A DNA stretch of 63,520 nucleotides from a virus (taxonomy: Duplodnaviria > Caudoviricetes): positions 1-63,520 of IMG/VR virus record IMGVR_UViG_3300008954_000051; one strand, given 5' to 3'. The translations under genes and the position numbers were made by a program. The notes beneath the pieces were generated by a model. That model did not search any database. It saw only the letters and a program-made list of their open reading frames with translations, and was not told where the DNA came from. Below, in pieces: positions 9,201 to 19,095 of the stretch (the first letter of the stretch is position 1; each line of letters opens with the position of its first letter).

Positions 9201-11360
9201 TTGGGGGATAATATAATAACCGCCTTTCCCTATTGTTGGCATCCATCATGGGCCCCAAGTGGGGATGAGATTATATTTGTGTCTAATCGTGATTCCCCTA
9301 TTGATTGGATTCCAGCAGGTGTTGTGGATCCTTTGCACAATCATTTTGCTTTAGAGGATCCCGACGATGAGACTAAGCAAATGGCATACGGAGAATTATC
9401 TCAGCATTTTAAATCGCAATTGATGGCTTTAAATTTTTCACCAGAAGATATAGATAAAGCCGCAATGGAGCTTATTGTAAAACAATGGGAGCCTATTCCA
9501 GTAATAGGATATCGATATTATATGGGCCCTGGAATAGATCGTGCGTTGGCAGAAACCCATAGGTCTTCGGAGATCGCTGATGCGGGGTCAAGTTGGATTA
9601 GTGATGATGGTTTTCTCAAATTTTATATGAATATATCTGCTAATCATGGTTGGGCGGGCCCCATATTTGTTTCTAAAGACATTAGGTTTAGAAGCCCTAG
9701 TCAACCTAAAGGTTATGTTGGAGAATTTTATTCTACACTAGCCACGGGACACGCCTCCTCGGCCGCCGGCATCGGCGGCACAGATTTAAGTCCTCGTTTA
9801 TTTGATAGTGCAGTCTCTTATACAACTCCTGGATTAATACCGTCTCCTACTGCACCGGGTGGATTTGAATTTGATACTACACTTTATGGCGCTTCCAGCA
9901 CTACTCTTAACGAGCTTCCTGGAACCCATCGCAAACAAACGACTTTATATGGAAGATCCCTACGAGCAGTAATGGATACTGATTATAATGAATGCCCACA
10001 ATACTATCCAAATGATATTTATATTATCGGTTGCGATCAGACTAATCCAGAGGCTAATACTCCTGCAAATATGATTAGGTTGACTACTGAGACTGGAGCA
10101 TATGGTCGACCAGTATTTTCTCCAGATGAAACTATGATCGCTTATGAAAAGTGGGCTTTGGGCCCAGATGGCCAGCTTGAACAGGGGAAATATTCTCAGA
10201 TATGGATAATGGATTTTGATAAGACTACAAAAGTTTCCAGTAATCATAGGGTGGTTGTTTCCCAAGCGGCTTCGTTTAGACCAAGGTGGTCTTCAGACTC
10301 TAAGCGAATTTTATATTCTTCTAATTTAAATAGGGAAGGGTTGAACTCGGTTGGGGTGATTTATGGGGGCAGAAAGGCTCCTGGGCCTACTGGAGGTAAT
10401 GATAAGTATAATACGGTTGATAAGAGGAAGGCGTTTTATCCAATTCACAATTTAACGTCTTGGGTTTTAGATCTTGATAATAACAATATCGCCAGAATGG
10501 ATGACAAACAACTTTCAACTGGTAATATTATTGTACAGGATTACACAATGGCGGATTGGCACGAAGGTCCTAACGGAAAGACGCATCTTGTATATCAGAC
10601 AACATCCCATTCTGATAACTATAGTCATCAAAATGCATTTGAATTGGCAACCGCTGAAGTTAGATTTCATAATGGGCCTTCGATCCGACTTTCTAGAGAT
10701 AGGTATAGGCCGAAACTTGATGGGGTTGAATTTAAAATTTCTAATCCTGACGGCACTACGTTCTTGCCGACTCCGCCTGCGTCTAGTGGAGAAGCAATGC
10801 TTCCCATATGGACTTCTCTTTCTAGCGATTCTCAGAGGTTGGTGCTTGACCATATTCCTGCCCCAGCAAATTCTACTCATAATAGTTCCACTACTATCCC
10901 TGCTGAAGACTATTATAAGCGAATTAACGCAGCCGCGGCAGGCTCTGGAACTACGGTGAAGGATGAGGCCGAAGCAATTCTTGCAGAAATTTACAACCAA
11001 GGATTAGGGCCTTCTATAGACTTGGGGTGGAATTCTATAGTTCCGGCCGCACCGCCTCCCGTGCTTGGAGGAATCTTTAACATTATTCTAAGGAGGGCTG
11101 TGTACATTACACCATCCGCGGCGACCATTGATATTGATTTTATTATAGATCGAGGACCTTCTTTGGCTGCTAGTCTTTATTATTTGGTTGGAGCTGATGT
11201 GACTCAAACCAATATAATTTCTAGAGAGGTGCAGGAGGTGTCTCAAGCAAAGACTATACTTTCTATGACAGAATCTTCTGGTAGTGCAAATGTAATGGCC
11301 GGAATAACTTCGCTTGAATTTAGATCAGTTGCCAACTTAGTTTCTAAATCTTCCTTATAA
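6255..11360 (+). CDS. 1701-aa protein with TolB-like (PD40) beta-propeller repeats; putative virion protein
   Basis: Five clear P.[WFI][SA].[DNS] repeats (HPSISPNG, DPDWSPDGNKIAY, HPSWAPSGDEIIFVSNRD, RPVFSPDETMIAY, RPRWSSDSKRILYSSN); GTG start 1 nt after the PAAR stop. Confidence 0.7.
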   Translation: MSITANTRAVNAVRNMVDNDDVFVNPYLRPPVVGGYTLTDIVNGSLEQASKLHAAFWQGIVDPTGEVSNGKLRGDLASVGPGGFAYIAEPTETIPDPNDFNLTIPNWMYPDANGVLLYDSTDWAVDPTTGARSTTHPSGHANSFTMYHLGLIMTALGDRHHVLDFSPQITAPIVPNSGVAPGAYNIHSSVKNFIQHTNVRSGVKSHDDTSHLNSAENSAFGDQMQAYVEYRVPGTYKLSLEREFLGHQHNIVNLLGLGSTYDNDQNIGRLSAIETYTSGTGNVISFGPDANTVTLSNLSKISGIYNGAILTIGKEGSQTFDPKEFAQPGEKSPDVLDADGNVLQAGKPIPPEALAAVKPLSNDFMPSISYDVPLGADGSQSQEFTIISGPTVEGGSDVITDPDVIDFIDVVAIERDDPDYIVPDYRYNVDQVSRITNFNWTMNKLNVNPFVLGLRSLHYRGTVNAQVPAGVYYGLNAFLDDTYTTLDEDGDVIQPTISLPVETQGLEHDSDVFTPDGGKAFFENDNVWSWSDRYVFGPPQATHPSISPNGLNVAFSGRYLEYDISYSGAFPYQWDAHDGTASHDFTSWNGGPTILDAYNDDGTGSGFKGDFLPELTLPEAHLLSRLTGEGSRTHWQYEASSVHGASGEGWRQGMNNHIDAVAFRTGIWISPIHHNNQYQDQYSILPPDLVNITRTANNFFPGPYGYNPATDSSAISYPHFWDNKADIGRDTFDPDWSPDGNKIAYTNCMFAHYPVDVLKAAPKLYYQVAGADDWIIPPTNFPIEYEAGGPDRAFTDDDIRGAVWGRCRVIWPNITEFTCLPDTFDDWSAFGWIPESIHDNYTPAGLAYYRNKLMFYATPAYTKLGMAARGWRKSDLDRSDAGFPGGQFLPQWSTPGQASGMWGDQTDREVTGPRRNRKTSAGTIQVMLNTGTGPDGTVKPVNVIGGNTTINEIATTYKNNVRDDHWFKKYIDSDTYSEVMGELGDNIITAFPYCWHPSWAPSGDEIIFVSNRDSPIDWIPAGVVDPLHNHFALEDPDDETKQMAYGELSQHFKSQLMALNFSPEDIDKAAMELIVKQWEPIPVIGYRYYMGPGIDRALAETHRSSEIADAGSSWISDDGFLKFYMNISANHGWAGPIFVSKDIRFRSPSQPKGYVGEFYSTLATGHASSAAGIGGTDLSPRLFDSAVSYTTPGLIPSPTAPGGFEFDTTLYGASSTTLNELPGTHRKQTTLYGRSLRAVMDTDYNECPQYYPNDIYIIGCDQTNPEANTPANMIRLTTETGAYGRPVFSPDETMIAYEKWALGPDGQLEQGKYSQIWIMDFDKTTKVSSNHRVVVSQAASFRPRWSSDSKRILYSSNLNREGLNSVGVIYGGRKAPGPTGGNDKYNTVDKRKAFYPIHNLTSWVLDLDNNNIARMDDKQLSTGNIIVQDYTMADWHEGPNGKTHLVYQTTSHSDNYSHQNAFELATAEVRFHNGPSIRLSRDRYRPKLDGVEFKISNPDGTTFLPTPPASSGEAMLPIWTSLSSDSQRLVLDHIPAPANSTHNSSTTIPAEDYYKRINAAAAGSGTTVKDEAEAILAEIYNQGLGPSIDLGWNSIVPAAPPPVLGGIFNIILRRAVYITPSAATIDIDFIIDRGPSLAASLYYLVGADVTQTNIISREVQEVSQAKTILSMTESSGSANVMAGITSLEFRSVANLVSKSSL

Positions 11361-11363
11361 ATA
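11356..11363 (+). promoter_or_regulatory. T4-type late promoter
   Basis: Exact TATAAATA ending 24 nt upstream of gp25; gp55 is encoded in the window. Confidence 0.8.
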
Positions 11364-11387
11364 GATATAATAACATTAGGATTAAAT

Positions 11388-11768
11388 ATGGCAATTTATA
11401 CCGATTTAAATTTAGATTTTAAAATACACCCAAATACAAAAAATTTAGTTTTAAGTAAAGATGATTTGGCTATCCAGAGGGCTGTTGCATATTTATTATT
11501 AACTAACAAGGGAGATCGGTTATTTGAACCGGATATTGGATGTGATATAAGGGGCCTATTATTTGAACCGGCTACCATTTCTACTGCATATGATATTGAG
11601 ACTACTATACATGAAACTATTACTAATTTTGAACCTAGGGTGAATATTATTTCAGTTAGTGCGCTCCCAGCAGTAGATCGAAATTCATATGAAATTTCGA
11701 TTAAATTTAAGGTTATAAATAAATCAACGGTGCGTAATTTAGAGTTTACGCTAGAGAGATTACGGTAA
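11388..11768 (+). CDS. gp25: Baseplate wedge subunit gp25
   Basis: YTDLNLDFKIHP, LLTNKGDRLFEPDIGC, NFEPRV motifs. Confidence 0.95.
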   Translation: MAIYTDLNLDFKIHPNTKNLVLSKDDLAIQRAVAYLLLTNKGDRLFEPDIGCDIRGLLFEPATISTAYDIETTIHETITNFEPRVNIISVSALPAVDRNSYEISIKFKVINKSTVRNLEFTLERLR

Positions 11769-13660
11769 TGGCATCTAAAATCAATAAAATTAATGTAGCA
11801 GAATTGGATTTTGATAACATTAAAACCACCCTTACAGAATATTTGCGACAACAGGAAGAGTTTACAGATTATGATTTTACTGGTTCTGGGCTATCAGTCC
11901 TTATAGACCTTTTAGCATATAATACACATTATAATGCATATTATACTAATATGATTGCTAATGAGATGTTTTTAGATAGTGCGGCTGATAGAAACAACGT
12001 TGTTTCTAGAGCAAGACAATTGGGATATGTTCCATCTTCTTCTCGCGGAGCAGAAGTCTCAGTTAATGTTGTTATAGATCAGCCCAATCCGACCTCCACG
12101 GGGGGAGGAGGAATTTCTTCCCTGACTATAGTAAAGGGGCATCCGTTTATAACAACAATTGAGGGCACTCCGTACACGTTTTTAGCAAAATCTTCTGTTA
12201 ATATGGAACTTAAACCTGATCCGGATCCTACGGCTCAGCAGGGCAGTAAAATATTTACGGGCGATGTTGATCTTGTTGAGGGGATTCAATTTGACATTAG
12301 TTACATAATGTCGTCCAATCTTAGCAAGAAGTATATTATTCCTAATTTGGGGGTAGATGTTAGTTCTATTTCTGTTCTCGTAAGAGATTCTGTTACAGGA
12401 ACGTCTGCAACTTCATATACACTAGCATCTAATTTGGTCGAAGTGTCTGGAAGCGATACTGTGTATTGGTTGGAAGAAGGTCCTGATGGAAAATATCAGT
12501 TGTATTTTGGGGATGGTATTATTGGGAAAAGCCCAGAAGCGGGTAGCGTTATTCAAATAACATATAATATATGTAATGGTGAACTAGGTAATGGTTCTAG
12601 GATATTTAATATCACTCCTATTCCATATCTATATGGAACTGAAGAGATTCCCCGTACTGCAACCGAGGGTGCTATAGTGACAACATTAAGCGATTTTGCT
12701 TCTGGGGGAGCGTCTAGAGAATCTATAGGTTCCATTAAATATCTTGCTCCTCTGTCGTATGAAACTCAAGGAAGGGCAGTTACTGCTGAAGATTATAAAT
12801 CTAGGTTGCTACAAGAATATAGTGACATAGATTCGATACGGGTGTGGGGAGGCGAAGAACAAACGCCCCCCGACTATGGGGCAGTATATATTTCCATTAA
12901 ACCTAAATCAGGATTGGTGTTGACTGATTCTCAAAAAACTTCTATAATCAAAGATATTTTAGATAAAAATAGTGTCGTTTCTGTTAGAAAAACGATTGTG
13001 GATCCCGAATATATTCATCTTATGTTGACTGTAATTGTGAAATATGATAGTACGATAACTACATTGACTCAAGACACATTGAAAGCGTTGTCCTTACAGA
13101 CCCTATTATCTTTTGGCCAAACTGAATTGGATCAATTTGAGTCTTATTTTAGATACTCGTCTATATTAAGAGAACTTGATCTTTCCGATTCTGCCATCAC
13201 AAATAGTTTAGTTGATGTTAAGCTCAAAAAACATATTACCCCCACCTTTACGAAAAAAGAAACACATGTTGTTGATTTTGCAAACCCCATATACAATCCT
13301 CATTCTGGGCATAGAGGTGCTATTACTAGTACCTCTTTTGTGTATAATGATAGTAGAAACTCTGTCGTTACTATTACTGATAGGGGTACCGGAAGGTTAA
13401 TTTTAAGTGAAGTTGGAACCGGTAGGGAGGTGATCAATGATATTGGGAGTGTAGATTATGATACGGGAACATTAACTATTCGACTAGATCCTAAATCTGC
13501 GAGTGACAATATAATATCAATTACTGTGGTTCCAAAACATCGTGATGTTGTGACCAATACTAATCAAATTCTTTCTCTCGCCTCTGAAAACATAACTATA
13601 CAAATGGTTGATGATTCTTCTTCTGGTCAGGGAACAACGACTAATCCTAATTATATATAA
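11768..13660 (+). CDS. gp6: Baseplate wedge subunit gp6
   Basis: ELDFDNIK, FTDYDFTGSGLSVLIDLLAYNTHY, FGDGIIG, QGRAVTAEDY, VWGGE. Confidence 0.95.
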   Translation: MASKINKINVAELDFDNIKTTLTEYLRQQEEFTDYDFTGSGLSVLIDLLAYNTHYNAYYTNMIANEMFLDSAADRNNVVSRARQLGYVPSSSRGAEVSVNVVIDQPNPTSTGGGGISSLTIVKGHPFITTIEGTPYTFLAKSSVNMELKPDPDPTAQQGSKIFTGDVDLVEGIQFDISYIMSSNLSKKYIIPNLGVDVSSISVLVRDSVTGTSATSYTLASNLVEVSGSDTVYWLEEGPDGKYQLYFGDGIIGKSPEAGSVIQITYNICNGELGNGSRIFNITPIPYLYGTEEIPRTATEGAIVTTLSDFASGGASRESIGSIKYLAPLSYETQGRAVTAEDYKSRLLQEYSDIDSIRVWGGEEQTPPDYGAVYISIKPKSGLVLTDSQKTSIIKDILDKNSVVSVRKTIVDPEYIHLMLTVIVKYDSTITTLTQDTLKALSLQTLLSFGQTELDQFESYFRYSSILRELDLSDSAITNSLVDVKLKKHITPTFTKKETHVVDFANPIYNPHSGHRGAITSTSFVYNDSRNSVVTITDRGTGRLILSEVGTGREVINDIGSVDYDTGTLTIRLDPKSASDNIISITVVPKHRDVVTNTNQILSLASENITIQMVDDSSSGQGTTTNPNYI

Positions 13661-13683
13661 TTAGATAGGATGATATTTTATAA

Positions 13684-16600
13684 ATGTCCATTAAAATAAA
13701 AACCTCATCTGTTGTTCAAAGTCAGGCACCAGATTTTGTTAAAAGTGACTATCCGTTGTTTCTTCGATTCTTAGAGTCGTATTATGAGTATATGGAGCAT
13801 AAAAGCCCTCCAATAATATTGGATCTGAATGTTAAAGTTCCAGTTTTTACTCTTTCTCAACCCAATATAGATAATTATGGCCCTTCTCATTTTTCGATGG
13901 GGGAATTAGTAGAACAGCGGGCCGACATTAACAATCCTGGTGTGGTAACTGGAACCGGAGAAGTGTTTGGGATTAATTTGGATGGAGATATTCCTACTCT
14001 TTCGTTGATCAATATTTCTGGTCGAGATAAAAAATTCATACCTTTTACTATAGGTATGGAGGATCCAAATTTATCAGTAATTAGGGGGGTTGAAACTGGC
14101 TCTACTGTTACTTGTAAATCTGAAGTGAAAAGTAATATAGCAGGGGCACTAAATGCTTCTCATAGTCTATTAGATTATCAAAATTTTGATACTACTCTTG
14201 ATGAATATATGGAATTCATTAAGAAGGAATTTTCGCCCACTTTTCCATTGACACTCGATCCTGATGTTGATGCACGAAAGGTGTTTATGGGATTGAGGGA
14301 TTTTTATCGAAGTAAGGGTACTGAATCTTCTTATAAGTTTTTGTTCAGGGCACTTTTTAATGAAGAAGTCGACCTTTACTTTCCAGAAAAGAATGTGCTG
14401 CGTGCTTCGGGAAGATTGCGAAATCAGTTTCCATCAGAATATGAGTCACAGACACCACAAAGAACCAGTATTAAATTAAATATTATAGCAGATGTTATTT
14501 CTGAAACTAAACAATTATCTTCAGGAACTATAGTTCCAATTTCAGACTTAAAAGGCCGAACTATTTTAGGTAAGACTTCTGGCGCAACAGCAGTAATTGA
14601 TAATATTTACAAACTGCAATATCCTACTCGGGCTGTGATTGGTATTGAAGGAATCAATGTGATCGGCGGCCCGTTTCATTCCTTCGAGAAAGTGACTACG
14701 GTAAATGTTCCAGGAGAGATAGATATTGATAATTGGAATATTTTGGGTGGTGTAGGTACTGCCGAGCTTATTGATTCGGGCACAGGATATTCTCTTGGCC
14801 AAAAGGCGATTATTACTGGTGGTGGTGGAACTGGAGCTGAAGTGAGGGTGTCGGAGATTGGAAAAGTTGGAGAGATAAAGAGATTGGAAGTAACAAACCA
14901 AGGTGTTGGATATTCTTCAGAAATACCAATCAATGTTGACCTATCTTACTCTGATATACATTCCGAATCTTCATTTACTACTGGTGGTGTTAATGTTTCG
15001 TTGAATGAGCCCTTTAGGTTTGACGACCCAATACTTATGCTATCTCCTGACGATAAATTGGGAAGAGGAAATACAGCATTATCTGCGCTATTATCTTCCG
15101 ACCCCTGGCAAGGTAATATTAAAGATCTTGGAGATCTTGTTCCATTGGCAGGTGTGTCGCGAAAGAATTCTAAACAATTTATCAGTTTTGATGTTTGGCT
15201 CCCCGACTTTACGGCCTGGTCCCAGGCCTGGCTCTCCGGGCCTCTTCTTGATTTCACTAATGTTCCGGGCAGGGATAATGTGGATGCAGATGGTGGTGGG
15301 GGATATGTTATTGGGGCCCCGAAGATGTTAGATGTTTCTGGTGAAAACAAACATGCAGTTGCTCCAAGAGTCAATAGCTTGGGATATACTCTTAATACTG
15401 CCAATTTATTTTATGGAAATAATCACGACCTTAGTGTCGATTCGATTGCAGGAAGAAGCTCGTTAAATATTAGAATTTTAGATGATACTGTAGCGGAGAC
15501 TACTCCCGGCATTGGGTTACAAAGCCATGATGAGGTTTCAATACAACGTAATCAAACTTGGAATTTTTGGTATAAGCCCACATCGAATGTTGCGACCGGG
15601 GGGAGAATTATTGCAAGAGATTCTGGTTGGCCAGACGCTAATGGATTTTTTGCATTATCAGTAAACACTTTTCCTGCGGTGGATGCAACTGGCTATTGGG
15701 ATACGGCGAATCTAGATTTTCATACAAGAACGACATCTCCTCTTGACCCGTCAACTCCAAATTATGCTGCTCATATTCCAGATGGTCTTCATCAAAATGA
15801 ATGGCACATGTTTACAATAACAGAACATTATGATCGTTTCGGGACTCTTCCCGGAGAAACATCATTATACATCCATTATACGGATAGTGTTACTCCCACA
15901 TATGTCAATACTTTTACTACGATTACTGGAGCAAATTCATTTGTTGCGGATAATGGAGAAAAGTGTGCAGTAGTTCTTGGTGGAATAAGTGATGGTGTGG
16001 ATAAAAATTCTGCTAATGTTTATGGTGGTCATGGTGCAGCAGGGTTATATGATGAGTTTAAATTTTATGATAGGCCTATAATTAAAAAGGTGGCCGATAA
16101 ATTATTTAGAAATCCTGGGGAAATTAAATCCCTTACTGGAGATTGGTTTGTTTCTCTTACAGAAGATGTTTCTAATAATATTTTTCATCAAGCCTATTCT
16201 TTATTCAATGAAAAGGATGCTAAATATAATTATTTCACATATGGAACAGATGCAGATCACATTTTAGGAGAATCTGCTCCTACTTGGACGACATTAGTTA
16301 ATCCAAGTAAAATAGTAACTGCTAATGGCCATGATCATGGAGGTTCTGTTGGATTTGAAAATAGAGATTCTTTGGGGCTTAGTGCTGATGAATATGATTT
16401 GATTAATTCAACTAAAAGCATAAATGATCGAGCATATGATCCGGGTGCAAAGTTTAAAATAACATCTCGTTCTATGAATGCAAGTGATGCATCTACAATA
16501 TATCACCACTCTTTTGGAACACAAATTGTTAAGCGAGATTCTATACCTGGAGCTGTCCCCAAATTTGGGGAATCTGTTCTCAGAATAGTAAATTCAGCAA

Positions 16601-19095
16601 ACGCATCAGGCTCCGTATCTGGCACCGGGCAAGTTCAGAATAGGTATAGTAATACTACTGTTACTATTGGCGCGAATCACGGTTATCATGAAAAGAGTAG
16701 GGTCACTTTAAATACTACCAAAGACAGTCCATGGTCATTTCCATTTTTAAGTTTTCCCAACAATAAAAGGTACATATTATCGTGGTATTATAAAACCTCA
16801 AATGGACACTTGTTTGATTCCGGGGTAAATCATCTGCCCGCTGCTTCTGGTTTAAGTTCTCCCACAGTTAAATTTATTGTAAGTGATGGTCATCAAGATA
16901 CCACAAATCAGAGATATGCAGTAATCACAAAGCCAGGCGCAACTCTTTCTAGTTTAGGTGTGGCTGCCTCCAATTCAAGCTATCATAATTGGGTTCGTGA
17001 TCATATGATTCTTGATTTTGCATCTGCCGCTAGTGTTACTGGTGGGGTAGGAGATGCCAACACTAGTGCGACTATTGTTACAGGAACAGATTCTGCGTCA
17101 GGAACTTTAGCTAGGAATAATATTATTGAAGGATTTATTGAATTTAGCATATCGGCTAATGACGATGGTTCTGGAGGAAGAAGTTGGAATACTTTGGTGG
17201 ATTATTATGATGAAGTTTACATTGATGGCGTGCAGCTAGAGGAAGTTGAATCAACAGTCAACTTTCCCACAACATACAATATTTGGCCTCGTAGTTATCC
17301 AGAAAATATATTCAATTTTGTTCCCGATACGACAGCAACATCTAATACTAAACTTGTGGTGTCTGGTCCTGAAGTGCATTTTAGTTACGCCAATAATATT
17401 CCATATGATAAGAAGGCATTATATAAAATATCGGCCCGCGTAAATGGTACTGCATATGGAACAGGAAACATTTCTGTAGGTGTTATTGGAATAGAACATG
17501 CTGATGGTGTGGGAAAATATGTCACCCTTGGTGAAAATTATGATGCCTTTTCTTCAGGGGTTTCTAGATATGAGGCACCTATTGCACAGTCTAACATGAC
17601 CTTAAATACAGGAGGTGGTTGGACAACAATCAATGCATATTTTCAAGGAACACAGACTAAGAATTATATTCCTAGGGCATATAGATCTTTTGAGGCCAAT
17701 AATTATGCTTTTGGGTCTGTTGTTATGTCTAATGGTTTAGGAACAAATGAAACAAGCACACCACCATATTCAATATTTCTTAGAGGTCGGTCGACTGGAG
17801 GCATTGGATATGCAAATGCTGTAATCGATACCACATTAGGATACGGTGGAACATCAAGTCTTCGACATTATATTCCTACTCAGAATCCTTGGGAGCCTCG
17901 GTTTGTATCTTTTGCAAATTCATTGGCAATTAGTGGTACGGATGAATATGTAGGTTCTGCTTGGGGTGATGATGATGGGGCGGATTGGGTGATCAAGATC
18001 CCTAAAGCAAAGAGATGGATATTTTCTTATTATGCTCGTTCAAATAGTGCAGCAGGATTTCCAACATCAACGGGGTTAAGTACACAACTATATCTTAGAA
18101 ATTCTGATAAACCTGAAGCGAACGTGGCTTTGATTGCTGGTGTGGCTCCTGCGATTACTGTTGCTGATACGTGGCAGAGATTTTCAGGAGTTCTTAATTT
18201 TACGCAAAGTTCTGAGCTTGATGCCTCTGATCATTCTAACTGGGTGACTGTCATTGATACTTATGCCAATTCTTCTATAACATCATTTACTTCTGCTCAT
18301 GCGCTTAAAGGAAGTGATGTTAATCAAATTATTCTTAATGTTGGTCCAAGTGCATCTGTAGGTGGGACTGGATTGAATACGGACGATTCTGGAAATACTG
18401 TATGGTATGATGGATTTATGTTGGAGGAACAAGCCAACACTCTTATCACAACTCCTTCAGAATATTATTCTGGTAATTGGAATGGACCCGGGTTTGGATA
18501 TTCAAATCCCGCACCATTAGGAGAAGAAACGACCCATATTAGACCGTATATAGCATTCAATCAGGGCCCGGGTTATACTGGATATGATACTATAGATCTT
18601 GATTATGTTAAGTTGGAGTATGCAACTAACGCTACCGCAACTCTTGGGATTACAGGTAACTATATTGGATTGGGGAGGCAGGTGGATACAACGGCTGAGA
18701 TTAGTGGCAGGCAGAGATTATATGATAATAATTATTATCAAATCTTTTCATATCTAATTAAGTCTGGTGTTTCTGTTGATAGATATGAGAGTATTGTTAA
18801 GCAGTTGGTGCATCCTGCGGGTATGAAAATGTTTGGGCAAGTGTTTCTAGAAAGTGAAATGGATTCAATTTGGCCACATAGTTCTGAATTTGGTCCCGGA
18901 CAAACAGCAGAAATGTTTCCCACTAATGCTGCATTGCTTGATTCAAATGTAGATGGTATTTTCGGTGGAGTTGCACAAATACTTAGATCATTTTTCTTTG
19001 GACCCCAAACAATTTCTGAACTTGGTGGGGATACTTTAATAGCAGGAGAAAATTCTTCTGTGATATGGGATTTTAATCCTGGAGATAACGATTAA
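13684..19095 (+). CDS. gp7: Baseplate wedge initiator gp7-like with about 1200-aa LamG/jelly-roll insertion
   Basis: N-terminal QAPDFV..DYP.F..FL..YYE, FYRSKGTE.SYKFLF; C-terminal YYQIFSYLIKS...VKQLVHPAGMKMFG. Confidence 0.85.
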   Translation: MSIKIKTSSVVQSQAPDFVKSDYPLFLRFLESYYEYMEHKSPPIILDLNVKVPVFTLSQPNIDNYGPSHFSMGELVEQRADINNPGVVTGTGEVFGINLDGDIPTLSLINISGRDKKFIPFTIGMEDPNLSVIRGVETGSTVTCKSEVKSNIAGALNASHSLLDYQNFDTTLDEYMEFIKKEFSPTFPLTLDPDVDARKVFMGLRDFYRSKGTESSYKFLFRALFNEEVDLYFPEKNVLRASGRLRNQFPSEYESQTPQRTSIKLNIIADVISETKQLSSGTIVPISDLKGRTILGKTSGATAVIDNIYKLQYPTRAVIGIEGINVIGGPFHSFEKVTTVNVPGEIDIDNWNILGGVGTAELIDSGTGYSLGQKAIITGGGGTGAEVRVSEIGKVGEIKRLEVTNQGVGYSSEIPINVDLSYSDIHSESSFTTGGVNVSLNEPFRFDDPILMLSPDDKLGRGNTALSALLSSDPWQGNIKDLGDLVPLAGVSRKNSKQFISFDVWLPDFTAWSQAWLSGPLLDFTNVPGRDNVDADGGGGYVIGAPKMLDVSGENKHAVAPRVNSLGYTLNTANLFYGNNHDLSVDSIAGRSSLNIRILDDTVAETTPGIGLQSHDEVSIQRNQTWNFWYKPTSNVATGGRIIARDSGWPDANGFFALSVNTFPAVDATGYWDTANLDFHTRTTSPLDPSTPNYAAHIPDGLHQNEWHMFTITEHYDRFGTLPGETSLYIHYTDSVTPTYVNTFTTITGANSFVADNGEKCAVVLGGISDGVDKNSANVYGGHGAAGLYDEFKFYDRPIIKKVADKLFRNPGEIKSLTGDWFVSLTEDVSNNIFHQAYSLFNEKDAKYNYFTYGTDADHILGESAPTWTTLVNPSKIVTANGHDHGGSVGFENRDSLGLSADEYDLINSTKSINDRAYDPGAKFKITSRSMNASDASTIYHHSFGTQIVKRDSIPGAVPKFGESVLRIVNSANASGSVSGTGQVQNRYSNTTVTIGANHGYHEKSRVTLNTTKDSPWSFPFLSFPNNKRYILSWYYKTSNGHLFDSGVNHLPAASGLSSPTVKFIVSDGHQDTTNQRYAVITKPGATLSSLGVAASNSSYHNWVRDHMILDFASAASVTGGVGDANTSATIVTGTDSASGTLARNNIIEGFIEFSISANDDGSGGRSWNTLVDYYDEVYIDGVQLEEVESTVNFPTTYNIWPRSYPENIFNFVPDTTATSNTKLVVSGPEVHFSYANNIPYDKKALYKISARVNGTAYGTGNISVGVIGIEHADGVGKYVTLGENYDAFSSGVSRYEAPIAQSNMTLNTGGGWTTINAYFQGTQTKNYIPRAYRSFEANNYAFGSVVMSNGLGTNETSTPPYSIFLRGRSTGGIGYANAVIDTTLGYGGTSSLRHYIPTQNPWEPRFVSFANSLAISGTDEYVGSAWGDDDGADWVIKIPKAKRWIFSYYARSNSAAGFPTSTGLSTQLYLRNSDKPEANVALIAGVAPAITVADTWQRFSGVLNFTQSSELDASDHSNWVTVIDTYANSSITSFTSAHALKGSDVNQIILNVGPSASVGGTGLNTDDSGNTVWYDGFMLEEQANTLITTPSEYYSGNWNGPGFGYSNPAPLGEETTHIRPYIAFNQGPGYTGYDTIDLDYVKLEYATNATATLGITGNYIGLGRQVDTTAEISGRQRLYDNNYYQIFSYLIKSGVSVDRYESIVKQLVHPAGMKMFGQVFLESEMDSIWPHSSEFGPGQTAEMFPTNAALLDSNVDGIFGGVAQILRSFFFGPQTISELGGDTLIAGENSSVIWDFNPGDND

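Noticed and set aside
11714-11721. Internal TATAAATA in gp25 (also 42286-42293 in gp15)
   Set aside because: Inside coding sequence of an AT-rich genome, so chance matches are expected; the gp25 site could serve gp6, but nothing else supports it.
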